This document shows positions 37,521 through 49,956 of a DNA stretch of 64,000 nt, piece by piece. This DNA comes from Pavona decussata (Eukaryota). A model generated the notes under the pieces. It was not told the origin of the DNA. It saw only the letters and a list, made by a program, of their open reading frames with translations, and ran no database searches. Each line of letters starts with the position of its first letter. Within the stretch, counting starts at the first letter, position 1. Location of the stretch: the NCBI GenBank assembly GCA_977016875.1, contig CDRNST010000257.1, forward strand, positions 310,001-374,000, in the 5' to 3' direction. The position numbers and the translations under genes were made by a program.

Positions 37521-38186
37521 GGTTATGGGCCCAGTCGAAGGCTGTTGTTCAATGGTGATGAAGCCAAATATGAGCTGTGGGAGATAAAATTCCTTGGTTA
37601 CATGAGACTTCACAAACTCCATGATGTTATCCTGGCGGAGAACGAGCCAGAAGAAGACAATGTGAGCAAGAACATCGACACTTTTGCTCAACTTATCCAG
37701 TGTTTAGATGATCAGAGCCTCTCCTTAGTTATAAGAGATGCTAGGGACGACAGCCGGAAAGCTTTGCAAATACTGAGGAATCATTACACGGCCAAAAGTA
37801 AGCCACGTGTTCTTGCCCCGTACACCGAACTTACCTCGCTACAGAAGGGGCACAATGAGTCCATTATGGATTATGCTCTACGTGCCGAGACCGCAACTGC
37901 ATCGTTGAAATCCGCCGGAGAGCAAGTCAGTCATAGTCTTTTGGTAGCCATGGTGCTGAAAGGTCTTCCAGCGGAATACAAAACTTTTTCAGCCATAGTT
38001 CTGCAGCGCGACGACAAGGACGACAAGATGAAGTTCCACGAGGTTAAGACCGCAATCAGGAGTTATGAGGAGACAGAGAAATCCTGTACACCATCAAAAA
38101 CTGATGGAGACAGTGTTATGAACTGTAAACACAAAACTCCACCAGCAGACAGCTCCATAACCTGTTATTCTTGTGGTCAGCCTTGA
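37503..38186 (+). CDS. gag: Copia Gag (stop within the zinc knuckle)
   Basis: FNGDEAKYELWEIKF, LLVAMVLKGLPAEY, CYSCGQP*H. Confidence 0.85.
   Translation: MATLTTGYGPSRRLLFNGDEAKYELWEIKFLGYMRLHKLHDVILAENEPEEDNVSKNIDTFAQLIQCLDDQSLSLVIRDARDDSRKALQILRNHYTAKSKPRVLAPYTELTSLQKGHNESIMDYALRAETATASLKSAGEQVSHSLLVAMVLKGLPAEYKTFSAIVLQRDDKDDKMKFHEVKTAIRSYEETEKSCTPSKTDGDSVMNCKHKTPPADSSITCYSCGQP
37521..37535 (+). promoter_or_regulatory. Primer-binding site for internal tRNAi-Met priming
   Basis: GGTTATGGGCCCAGT, the copia-type PBS. Confidence 0.85.
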
Positions 38187-39980
38187 CACAAGTCGGCAGC
38201 ATGTCGTTACAAAGACAAGAAGAAGAAACAACACTGATGGTGCAGCCACTGAGTGTCGAAGACGCACAACACAGACGTATGCCATAAGAAAGACTGTTAA
38301 TACTGTTAGTGATAGTAAGTGTGATGAGAAGGATGCTTCATTTGCATTCAAAGTAACGGCGGACAATTTTAATTCCAGTAGAGAAACTCTTTACTAGTTG
38401 ATACTGGAGCTACTGCTCACATTCTCAGTGACAAATCAAAGTTTCTAAAATTTGATGAGTTTAAACCTGAGAATCATTACATAGAGTAAGGAAATGGTAG
38501 TAGGGCTAGTGGTGTTGTGTCTGCTAAAGGCAGAGCACAAGTTACCCTACATGATGTAGAGGGCAATGTTCACAAAGTTTTCCTTGAGGATGCTTTGTAC
38601 GTAACTAGTTATAAGCAAAACATATTTTCAGTCCAAGCAGCAATTGATAGGGGTAGTGCTGTAAATGTAACACCAAATTCTGCTGAGCTGAATACACCAG
38701 ATGGGACAAAATTTGCCATAAAAAAACACGGCAAAGTTTATTACCTAAATAACACAATGCCTAGTAGTGGAGCACACTGCTGAGACTTGGCACCAAATTC
38801 TAGGGCAATGCAACATGAATGATGTATACAAACTAGAGGGTGTAGTTGAAGGGATGAAAATAACAATAAAAGGTAAGTCTGAATGTGATGCTTGTGTGCA
38901 AGGCAAAATGTCACAATATCAAAACAGAAAGCCAGATCATCATGCAACTGCTCCTCTCCAGTTGGTCCATAGTGACCTAGCAGGCCCTATTACCCCAGAA
39001 TCAAAGGAAGGTCACAAATATGCAATGGTAGTTGTTGATGACTATTCAGGTGCTTTGTGTGTATATTTTCTTAAGAACAAAAGTGATGTCCCTAGGGTAA
39101 CTGAGCAGTTCTTAGCTGATACTTCACCCTATGGCAAAGTGAAACGATTACGATCTGATAACGGGGGTGAATACATTAATGAAGAGTTCAGATCGCTCAT
39201 GCTAAAGAATCAAATTAAACATGAGCAGTCAGCCCCCTACTCACCTCATCAGAATGGAACAGCCTAGAGAGCCTGGAGGTCCCTCTTTGATATGGCTAGA
39301 TGTTTGTTAATTGGAGCAGAGTTGCCTAAACAGTTGTGGACTTATGCAGTCCAGACGTCAGCACATATACGCATCAGATGCTACAACCATAGAACAGGTG
39401 AAACTCCTTATGAGTCTTTGATGGGTATCAAACCCAATTTGTCCAACATGCATGTATCTGGTACAGTGTGTTATACATTTGTACAGAACAAAACCAAATT
39501 GGATGCTTGAGCTGAGATAGGTATTTTTGTGGGCTATGACAGCTCCAGCCCTGCATTTCTTGTACATTACCCACATCAAAATATTATCAAGAAAATCTGA
39601 TGTGTCAAGTTCACTGACAGCCTTGACCATGTTAATGAAATTGTTGAACTGTTGCCTGATTCTGCTGAACCAGAACCTGAGAAACCAGTACATGAAAATG
39701 AGGCTGCCAATGATAGTTGTTATCCTATCAGAGATCGTGTCAGACCAAAATACCTTGATTATTATGTAACTGGGAAGGATCTGGATAATGCAGTTGACGA
39801 TGCTGCAAATTGTACAAGTGATTTTTGCTACAGAATAATCAATGCTCCCCAGTCGTACCAAGATGCAATCTCATCCCCATATTCCAGTAAGTGGAAGAAT
39901 GCTGTGGATGAAGAGTTTAATGCATTGTGGGAAAATGAAACATTTGAGCTCACCTCTCTACCAGAAGGTCGAACTTCAGT

Positions 39981-40008
39981 GGGGGGGGGGGGGGGGGGGG
40001 TGGGGGGG
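39981..40008 (+). repeat. Poly-G run inside the Copia RT
   Basis: G20-T-G7. Confidence 0.95.
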
Positions 40009-40429
40009 AATGTGGGTCTATGCAATAAAACCAGGTCCAAATGGGAAGAAAAGTACAAGGCAAGTTTTGTTGCCAAGGTTCCCGGAGTAGATTATTACGA
40101 GACTTTTCACCAACTGCCTGTATAACCTCAGTTTGCATGTTAATGCCGTTGGCAGTGCAGTGGTCGTAATTGGAACAACATGTTACATGAGCATTTTTCT
40201 CAGGATGGTTTTCTGCAATCTCTAGGTTGTTGCAATTGCGTGGGCTGATGACATTATTATTGCAGGTAGCAACAGATGTACTCAAAGAGGCATGAGAGTC
40301 CCTGATATTGAGATTCAAAATGAGAGACCTAGGGGTGCTTTCATGGTTTTGGGGTATTCAGTTCAAGTGCAAAGATGATTGTATTGAAATGAACCAAAAT
40401 CAGTATATACCATCTAGGAAGCCCCCTTC

Positions 40430-40870
40430 AATTCGACGTTATGCTGCAGCAAACCAGCGTCTTGTTCTGCAGTTTCATGGGGATAGTGACAAAAGCATCA
40501 CTCTTTGCAAGGCAGCGAAAGGTAACAACCTGACAAAAATTAAAGTCTGGAATGAACTGCTGTGCAAGGTTGCAGATGCTCTGGAACACATTCATAATTG
40601 TGGGTTCATCCACAACGATCTTAAGAGTAACAATGTGTTGCTAGAAACAAGAGAGGGACATCCAACTCCAGTTATCATGGATTTTGGGAAAAACCCACGG
40701 CCAAACCACCTCACATCTGTGGACTGTATAGGAACAGTTACATTGCACTGGAACTTGTCAACGGGCACCAGCAAACCTTCTGTAACTGTTCTTGAGAGTC
40801 GTCCATCAGTCTGTGTTTTAAAAGAAATCTTTGCATTGAAAATTACTTGCAGCAGAATACCCGCTAAGAG
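40430..40870 (+). pseudogene. Protein kinase C-lobe fragment
   Basis: ADALEHIHNCGFIHNDLKSNNVLL...IMDFGK gives the catalytic loop and DFG motif. The N-lobe is missing and the downstream part is degenerate. Confidence 0.85.
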
Positions 40871-42599
40871 ATTTTTGCGTGGTGGTGTATAAGTTAGAAT
40901 GATTGACGCTATTTCTACTTTTTGGGGGTTGGATTTTATAATGATAATTTAAATATTCTTTTTGTACTCAGCATTTATGAGTGATGAAATATGCATTTAC
41001 TATAAAAATGAACTAATTGAGTACGCAGTGTGTGGTACGCAGATGTTAATTAACCTGTATGCTTAAATAGGTTTTTAAATGCTAATAGACTGTAAACGCT
41101 TGATTTAGTACATGCTGTTGCCAAAGTGAAATATTTTGCGCAAACCCAAAGAGGATTTCAGGGCATTCCCATGATGCTTAGCGTAGAAATCGCTCAGTTC
41201 ATCTTCGTCAGGTCATGCGTCATTGTGTTTCGCGCCTAAAATTACTGGATTTTGCTTGGATTTTTTTTCCTTCTTTAAGAATAATATAGGTAAGTTTCTT
41301 TCGTCTTATTTGTGCTTTGGCATCGTAAGAACCAACTGGAGTGGAATTTTGAATTGATTTGCTGTGTTATGTGCTTTTTCCAAGGCTTTCTTTATCAGCA
41401 TTATCGCGCGAAGAGTCCATTGTGTACGGATGTGCGTTGGACAAAGGTATGTTTCGATCCGTTTTAATGATAATTTATAGAACACGTTAGCTCATTAAAG
41501 CGTTAAATCTCCCCTCAAAGGATAAAAGAACAATATTATTCGAAATGTATTCTAATGTACTCACATTTTTTAAGATTAAATATCATTTTAAACTGCATAA
41601 AAAATAGCGCCAACAGTTACTTTCGGCGAGTCTTGTCACACGAGCACGATGTTTTGGTTGCTTGTTTTCGTAACTGCCATCACATCTGTTCGCAGCTTTT
41701 CGCTTTTCTTTCGTCTTTCCTATAAGCCAGGACTTGCAGTCACCAGTTTGGTGATCTTTTAGTTGCTTTTCACATTTTATAAGTTTAATGGTATTGATTT
41801 GAGATGTTTGTGCTCTTTTTTTTCAGATGGACAAATACTGTACATGTAGTTCTAGCAAGAGAGCTCACATCGAAACGGGACAACACGAAATAAGCCCGAT
41901 AAAAAACGGTCCACACCAGTTTGTGGAACTTCCAGAAAAAGCCTCTTTTCTGATGGGATCGATCAGACTGGCAGGACTCCATTGGCAGAGGTACATGTAG
42001 GATAACATTTGGATGTCTTCCTTTTAAAATACAGAGTTAAAGCTTATTTTTATTTTCTGTGCATCTAATTTATTAGGTAACTCGGAAAAAATCTCCTTTA
42101 ATCCTTACAAGATTGCGAGGACTAAGTAAGTCACCAAAGTCACCGAAACAGCTATTTGTCTCCAAGAAAATGAGAAGCATTTGGCAAAGAAAGGAAGCTA
42201 AGATGTCGCCCTGGTGCAGTTTGTGGCCCTACATGTGGGGATTTGCAGCCTACAACAAGCGAGTGCCTTTCTCTGAATTTGAAGTCAAATTACTGGCAGA
42301 AGGCCTCAAAGAACATTCAGGAGGTAGCTGGTACAAGCTATCTTCGAGAAGGTTATAAGTGTTATTCAGTTTTAAACTCGGTCATTTGTAAAATAGTAAG
42401 TTAATTATGAATATTTTGTGAAGAATAAATTACATGTTTCACTTCAGGTGGCCCCAGGTTTACACGTTTTTAATGCTTATTAACTCTCATTTGTGGTTTG
42501 CTTGTAAATTATGTTTTATCATTTATAAATCATAACATTGTTAATTTTTGATCAATAATGATTTCTTGAAACATAAGCAAGCGAAAATTAAAGTTAATA

Positions 42600-42638
42600 G
42601 CCGACGTTTCGGCATCATCGTGACACCATTCTCAAGGC
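42600..42638 (-). ncRNA. Minimal variant hammerhead ribozyme
   Basis: GCC-TTGAGAAT-GGTGTCA-CGA-TGATGCC-GAAAC-GTC-GGC. Confidence 0.7.
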
Positions 42639-43279
42639 AAAGTGGATAAATTAATGCAAAGATTTTTTATTTCTATACTTAACAGTCTCTACAAATGGGC
42701 AAATTAACGGCTCACAAGTTCTTCAGGTGAATAACTTTGCGCGAATCGAGTCTGTTTGCATGTTTAGGGATGGTTAAAGTTTTGTTATAAAAAGCATCTC
42801 CTTAATTAGGCAATCAAATTTGTTCGAACATTTAGCTAGCACGTGAAATTCTTCTGAAAGACAACGAGGCACGTTTGAGTTATGTTCGCTCAAGTAGTGT
42901 TTACAAATAGACGACGATTTTTGTTTGTGTCCATCAACGCGTTCGTGGAGGTGGCCGCGAGTGTAACCATCATATCCTGCATTGCACAGGTTACATTGAA
43001 ATTTAAAAACTAGATATTGTTGGTTAACAGTGGCAGGCTTGACTTCTCGAACTTTAAGGTCTTCGTTGAGTTTTCTGTTAATGAACACAGGCTGAATTGT
43101 GGTCTTGATTTTTGACCTGAGGTCTATGATACATTTCTTCACTACATTAGCAGAGGCCTGATCTTTAAATGGCATGACAACTTGGATGGTGGTTTCAGCT
43201 GATGGAATGTGCTGCTGGTCTGGTACTTTGAAATCGAACTGCTTGACAGCTAAATTGAATAAGTGCCTCGGGTACTTAA

Positions 43280-46200
43280 GAGCAGCTGCTTGTAAGGATC
43301 GAGAATTCGCCGTCAACGACCAATTTGGCGAATCGCTCATATGCTGTCCAAAAATACCCTTTGGTGAACTATTTTCAAAAATCATATTTAAAAGTTCCAG
43401 CGACTTTTTAATTTTAAGAGATTCGCAAATATTTGAAAATGCGGTCAAAGTGCGGTTTTTCGGCCAACTGAAGGTTCAAAATAAGGTGCACGAACGAAGC
43501 ACTGCCAAATGCTTAAAATAACTTAAGTTGAAGTCTAACTTTACACAAACTATGAACAACTATTCTTGTTTATTGTCCACCACTAAATATTTTCAAATCT
43601 ATCTATTTCGTGATTCTAGCGAGCACTTTAAAACCACCTTTGTAGAGTGCTAAAAATAGCGGCGAAATATAGGAAATATTTAATGGCACAAAAGTGTTCC
43701 TGGTACCTCAGTTTTCGATAATTTCACTTTACAACCTTAACATATAGTTATTAAACATGCACTATAACAAGTTTCAAGCTCGGACTCGCAACGCTTCCCT
43801 CTGAGAAAATCGGAGAACTTTTGCAATGTGTTCGGCTCAAATAACACAAGATTTAACGACAAAATGGAAGCTAATTAACTCGAATTAGGCCAAAATCCAA
43901 AAAATAAAGTTCAGTCTTGTTAATTTGTCATTCGACGTTAAAAAACTTTCGTCATTGTGTAGAATAAGCATATCCTGAGGTATTTGTTACCCTGGAAAAG
44001 CAAATTGGAGCTGGATATCCCGCCATGTTTACCACGGTTAGTTATTCACCTTGCCGACTTTCCTAATTGCAAACTGTTGTCGACAAGTATTGCTTACATT
44101 TAGGCTTATATTTCAAAGGAAACAAATGCTGTGAATTAGGGGTTTTAATTAAAGTCTTAGAGAAATGTCCTAATTCTTTAGGACACGAAATAAGCTGACA
44201 TTTTAAGCCATACAGTGTATTTTACTTGACCAAGATGAAAATGCCTGTGAGTTTTCACACTGATTCTCCCACAGTTGACAAAAACTGAACATCGAAAATT
44301 ACCTATTCAATTCATCTAGAACATTCCAGGACACTTACGTCATTGTCCAAACACTCCAGATTATTTTTAGAATCTAAATGTCTGTCTTTCAGCGGAGTTA
44401 GCAATCAATGATGTACTGTTACTGAAAACAGGTTTCCAGAACATCATGGGGTGCTTACATATGGGGCTTAATTGTTTAGCACTTTGTCAATCAGTTTTTC
44501 GAGGGAGATCAACTGGCGTCTCCGGCGTCGTCAAAGTAATGTGTGAGAAATGGCGCTTTGCAGCTATAGTACGCTACTCAGTCAGACTACTCTGTGCGGA
44601 CAATTTAGTGATTACCCTGGTCATTTTGAATGTGTCACTCTCAAGGATTGTATGAAAGATATCACAGGGCACTTAGCGAGTCTTAAACTCAGTACTGATG
44701 AGGGCATAGGACTGAACTAAAATAAAGTTGCTGTTACCTAGAGCTGGTAACTGACTTTTGTAAGCACAAACATAAAGGCTTCCTGTGTTTGTTTTCCATT
44801 TCACGTGGTAGTGATAATTTATTCTAAGTTGCCAAAAACTGTTTTTAGGTGATTTTCACAGTGGAACAAAGGTATCATACCTTAAACATTTGCCCACGCC
44901 AAACGGCTGACTTTGGCATCCGTTGCAGCGTGTGTGTGAAGACCTAGGCCTAGATATTCCTCCCTCACCCGTCCACAAAAAGGCCCCATACCTGGCTCCT
45001 CTAGAGGACATTACTAGCAAGTGCTTTGTTGCGACACAAGTTGTGACACAAGTAATCCAATAAGAACTGCAGGCCCGTAGCAAGGTTTAAACAACTAGGG
45101 GAGGGGGCAAGCAAATTAGTTAAACAAAGCTACACCCCCCACCCCCATCGGTCAAAAAACAGACCCAGTAGGGAGTTTAAGATGCAACGAGAATATCAAA
45201 AGAAGGAGTAGATTTACTAAGCAAAACAATTACTTTGCACCTGCATCACACTTTTTGGTACATTTCTTTGCCATCACTGTACGCGGACTACCACGTGAAA
45301 ATGCCTAATTTCACGTTTGAGTCTTTGAAGGAGGACGTAACAAGACGACGACAAATTTTCCTTCCTCTTTTACTGGTTACAGTGAACTTAGTAATCAGGC
45401 ATCAAGAATCCGTCCTCACGAGAATAAGCCTAAAATGAAAAATACATATATAAAATAGCGAGCTGGAATTATCGCGGTGAAGTTTAAAAGAACGCGAATA
45501 TTCTCTTTATAGATAATGTTTTGGCTACCACCAACGTCGTCTTATCTTTAACTCCCTACTTAAAATACATATCGGTCATAAGGATTTTGGTTCTTATTTC
45601 CGAATCACAAGGAAGGAATGCCTTTGTTGCTGTGTATAAAAACCAAACGTTAGCAGAGGAAACTGTCAGGTAAGAAACAAATTATTAAAGGTTGTGAAAA
45701 GGCACTTGCAGCGTCAGAATAGTCTTGTTTCGAATTCACGAAGACGGCTGGATAAAAAGGCAAAAGACACATTTATACAGGGTTAGCCTCAACCTAAAGC
45801 AAAATATTCACAAATTTTAGAAAGAAAGTGCTGTATCCTAAAATAAAACAATACACAGAAATAATAAGAGTTCATCTTCTCACTGGTATTTGTGAATATT
45901 TTACTTCAGATTGTGGATAACCCTAGCGGTCTCTGTGAATTGGAAACTGGATTAGTCAAGATTAATTGTTGCACATTATCTTTTTTTTTAATTAGTTATT
46001 TTTTGACATATCGGTTTTTTTTTTTTTTTACACTTACAAAAATTCTGGGGGGGTGGGGGGAAGGGACTCAAGCCCCCCTGCAACTCCCCCTGCTATATGG
46101 ATTTAGGGATGGGTATTATATTTTTTCAGAGTTTCGGGAGAATGACCAATTTCTAAAAGAAAAGCGAAACTTCTTTAGCCACAAATTAAGACAAGAAAAA

Positions 46201-48026
46201 AAATCCTACATAGATTTAAAAGATTTCTACGTAGTTGTCAGTTTTGGAGAAAAATTCTTACCCAAAAAATTATCTTCCTTCCTTCTCCACTCAGAAATAT
46301 AAATTCCAGTATCGTCAACACTAGTCGTTTCGGATAGTATTTTGCTTGATTTAGTTTAGATGTTACTAAGGTTGAAGTAATTAAATAAGTATGGTTTAGT
46401 TAATGTCAGTACCTAACCCCGATGGTTTGGTGTCGCGTGACATAGAAAGATTGTAATCTGGATTGCGGATAACATGACCGCATGACTATATCTATCCTAC
46501 GTTTCCAGCTGATTGTATTCAATTTTGCAGAAAAGTTCAGTTGTTTGCATTAGCATCAAAGGCCACTATTATTTTGCACTATTCTCATCTATGAACTCAT
46601 TTTTATTTTCGAGAAAACATAAACGCGGAATCTCACGTTTCGTCATTTGCCACAAATGCGATTCTAATCTTGAGCAACTATTTTCAACCCGAAGATTAGG
46701 AAAGCAGGTGATACTGACTATGAAGAAAAATGATGTGGATTTAATTGGCATCTGATGCTTATAATAGTTGTACGGTTTCAGTGGTGTGGAATCAAAAGTG
46801 CCGATTTATGGTTTTGGGTATGTGCTTATTTTTTGTGAGGACTTCAAACAATAAGCTTAATTTAAGCGATAAATCTGATACCATTAACAAGTTTACCTCT
46901 CGTTTCTTACTCAATTAATGGCATTTGTGTTTGCAATTTATTGCTATTCCAATGAAACTCTGTCATTTTGATTATTTGAAGAAGCATTAGCAAATCTTTC
47001 TTACATTTTTTTACATCTCTCAACTGAGAAGCAACGAATCGCATGTTTTCATTGGCACTCAACGTAAGAGTACCTTGAATATTAAAATGGTTCGTGGTTG
47101 CAAGCGATTTCATGTCGATCTTACAGTTTTTAAAATGTTTATTCTTTTTCAATATCCCATTATTCCGCTTACCTAAAGAATTCAGCAAGTTTTTTTTAGA
47201 AAACCTAGCGGCTAAGGATTCATGACATCTCTTAGATTTGATCTGTCAAAAGTGCTTGCGGACAACTCTTACATTAGGAGTAAAGATTTTCATTTCAAAT
47301 TTAGATTCTCGAGGGGCCATAACACCTCTGTGGCCGTTGCCTTCCATGATAGTAGACATATCTTCAGGGTCAAAGTACAAATTAACAAAACGTAAGTTTA
47401 TTTTTTGGATTTTCGCCTAATTCGAGTTAATTAGCTTCCATTTTGTCGATAATCTTGTGTTATTTGAGCCGAAACATTGCAAAAGTTCTCTGATTTTTTC
47501 AGAGGGAAGCATTGCCAGTCCGAGCTTGAACCTTGGCATGGTGAATGTTTAATAACTATATGTTAAGGCTGTAAAGTAAAATTATCGAAAATTGAGGTAC
47601 TAGGAACACTTTTGTGCCGTTAAATATTACCTATATTTCGCCGCTATTTTTAGCGCTCTACAAAGGTGGTTTTAAAGTGCTCGCTAGAATCACAAAGTGG
47701 ATAGATTTAAAAATGTTTAGTAGTGGACAATAAACAAGAATAGTTGTTCATAGCTTGTGTAAAGTTTGACTTCAACTGAAGTTATTTTAAGCATTTAGCA
47801 GTGCTTCGTCTGCGCACCTTATTTTGAACCTTCAGTTGGCCGAAAAACCGCACTTTGGCAGCATTTTTAAAATTTTTGCGAATCTCTCAAAATTAAAAAG
47901 TCGCTGGAACTTTTAAATATGATTTTTGAAAATAGTTCACCAAAGGGTATTTTTGGACCGCATATGAGCGATTCGCCAAATTGGTCGTTGACGGCGAATT
48001 CTCGATCCTTACAGGCAGCCGTAGTC
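43280..48026. mobile_element. Non-autonomous Kolobok-type DNA transposon with ~630-bp TIRs
   Basis: TIRs at 43280-~43909 and ~47396-48026; TTAA TSD at 43276-43279 and 48027-48030; GA...TC termini. Removing it restores the PLE frame (VVLK-LK-YPRH). No transposase is recognisable inside. Confidence 0.85.
45167..45560. mobile_element. MITE nested in the Kolobok-type element
   Basis: TIR AGTAGGGAGTT / AACTCCCTACT. Confidence 0.7.
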
Positions 48027-48340
48027 TTAAGCTTTAAGACTACCATCTCTAGTCGATTGCATTCTTCTGAGAAGTACGACCAGTTGGAGGATATACGGCA
48101 AGCTCAAGCTAACATGGTGGTGATTAGACTGTGCTTGTACCGATTATCCATGTGGCTCTGATAATGAAGTACGAGCCCTGTATTAGTTGGTTTTACGTAG
48201 ACCTTGGTCTTGACTCTGAGAGCTACATTTAACAGTTCAACACCGATGAAAGAAAGTGAGGCATTCCTTTCCACCTCCATAGTTAACTTTGCTGATTGAT
48301 GGCAGTGGTTTAGGGTACTTCGCTTTAATTTATCCACTTT

Positions 48341-48379
48341 GCCTTGAGACTGGCGTCACGATGACGCCGAAACGTCGGC
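48341..48379 (+). ncRNA. Minimal variant hammerhead ribozyme (inverted copy)
   Basis: GCC-TTGAGACT-GGCGTCA-CGA-TGACGCC-GAAAC-GTC-GGC. Confidence 0.65.
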
Positions 48380-48499
48380 TATTAACTTTAATTTTCGCTT
48401 GCTTATGTTTCAACATTGTTAATTTTATTGTTATTTTTATTTAATTACTTATTCTCTTGTAATGTGAATGTAGCTAGACCTTGTAGCTAGACATTGTTC

Positions 48500-49700
48500 C
48501 TCGCTATTATCAAGAAACCAAGCACACGATTGCTTTGTGGAAATCTGTTTTGTAATGCACATGCAGTTCTGTGAGTAAACCTTTCCCAATCTCCCAACTC
48601 CAGCGTTGTCGGCAAAACTACCGCATGCTGAACTATATTCTGGACGAATGGATTCCATGGCACAGGGACCCCGACCTCTCTGCCATGGACATCAATAAGC
48701 ATTATAACATAATTGCTATTATCAATAGTCTTAATGTTTTAATATTTAGTGTTGATTGAGTCATTATTTGTTGACCTAGTGTCGCATCCAATTATTAGTT
48801 TGTTATTTGATATGGGTAAAAAGCATATTTCATTGCCATGTAATTGTAAAATAATTTATAATCACATTTAGTTTCTGAGAAATTACCCTTTTCTTTCTTT
48901 TTTTGTTTTTTTACCTAGACCTGCAAATGGCATCAAAGGGTTTTCCAGAAAAACTGTTGTTGAAGTTACCACAAATATTGAAAGCCAGGAGTTTCGTGGT
49001 CAACAAAATGCTGAGATTGGCTTAGACGAAAATCCATGTGGTTCATCAACAGACGACCTGGAACGTTTACACAGCATGTGCCATGGCTGGCTAGGCCCAG
49101 TTTTCACACTAAAAGAATTTAAGATGAAGTGGAGAAAAATTGTGCGGTAAGTTCTGAAAGTGTAATCAAAAGTAAAATTACAATCCTGATGCTTATAAAT
49201 TTTCTTATCAGATCAATTAACATTTTGTCACTGGTGTGACAGGTAGTTAAACCATCCTGGCTTTTAAGCTAGTAGAAAGGGGTAGTAGATTTTGAGAAAA
49301 TGAATGATTTCAGGAGCAAAACAAAAGACACCCTTTAACAACCCAAATTGCTTTTATGTTTTGTAAGGTTGTTTTAACAGTTCCTGCTTTGATCTTTTCA
49401 GTAACTTCTCAAAACCGATGGACCCTGAACTGGCTTTCTCCTGCCAGGCCCTGATTGAGAGGTTTTCAACTGACTTATTACCATCATTTAACAAAGCTCC
49501 TATAGGATGTAATGAGAACGGTGGTGACAATGATGATGGAACAGACTCTAGAAACCCATTTCGTCTTCACCTACTCATCAGAAATACCAGGGAAGACAGT
49601 TCGATTTTTGTTGCAGGAAGATCTTTCTTGCCACCAAGAAACAGGGTGTCGACCAGGCAATGATTTTACCGTTTCAATATCAGTTTGCCCCCACTTTTGT
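48500..49700 (+). pseudogene. Three-exon C-terminal fragment of a putative transposase (remote P-element-like)
   Basis: LNYILDEWIPWH; exon 48919-49146 GFSRKTVVEVTTNIES..SSTDDLERLHS; exon from 49402 MDPELAF..LPSFN. STDDLE resembles the QDxLE catalytic-Glu motif. Confidence 0.45.
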
Positions 49701-49704
49701 AATA

Positions 49705-49956
49705 CCATTTTTTCTTGATCAAATGCCGGGTCCTGAATAAGCGCCAGGCCTCCAAGTTGGAGTTATAAACACTGAAGCCCCTTAAGCATTTTACTCAAGG
49801 TATAGGAAGCTCAAGGTATTATGGTAGAATATATGGCTGTCTATGTAATGGATAAAAACCCTTACTAATAACCGCTTTCAAATAAACTGCTAAACACCTC
49901 CTCTACAAAGCCAAGTTTCATTTATACACTTGGGGCGTTCAATCAAGAAAATACGG
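49705..49956. mobile_element. pogo/Tigger-type MITE
   Basis: TA-CCATTTTTTCTTGATCAAATGCC ... GGCGTTCAATCAAGAAAATACGG-TA. Confidence 0.7.

Larger units (their letters stand above)
37297..40410 (+). mobile_element. Ty1/Copia LTR retrotransposon, degenerate and 3'-truncated
   Basis: 5' LTR, PBS, gag with zinc knuckle, protease LVDTGATAHI (~38395), integrase (HSDLAGP, RSDNGGEY, SPHQNG), then a broken RT. No 3' LTR. Confidence 0.95.
42549..48411 (-). mobile_element. 5'-truncated Penelope (Poseidon-like) element with short inverted pLTR, split by the Kolobok-type insertion
   Basis: RT tail at 48031-48320 (VYVKPTNTGL.LHYQSH); endonuclease at 42725-43275 (FQCNLCNAGYDGYT). 48325-48411 mirrors 42567-42652. 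A 15-bp TSD, AACATTGTTAATTTT, lies at 42534 and 48412. Confidence 0.9.

Noticed and set aside
41827-42352. Two exon-like blocks with a faint Myb/SANT-like Trp pattern
   Set aside because: Frameshifted and too weak to call.
42774-43448. 224-aa ORF as a novel fusion protein
   Set aside because: Chance read-through from the Kolobok TIR into the PLE endonuclease.
44690-44725. CTGATGAG possible hammerhead
   Set aside because: No intact GAAA and no convincing stems.
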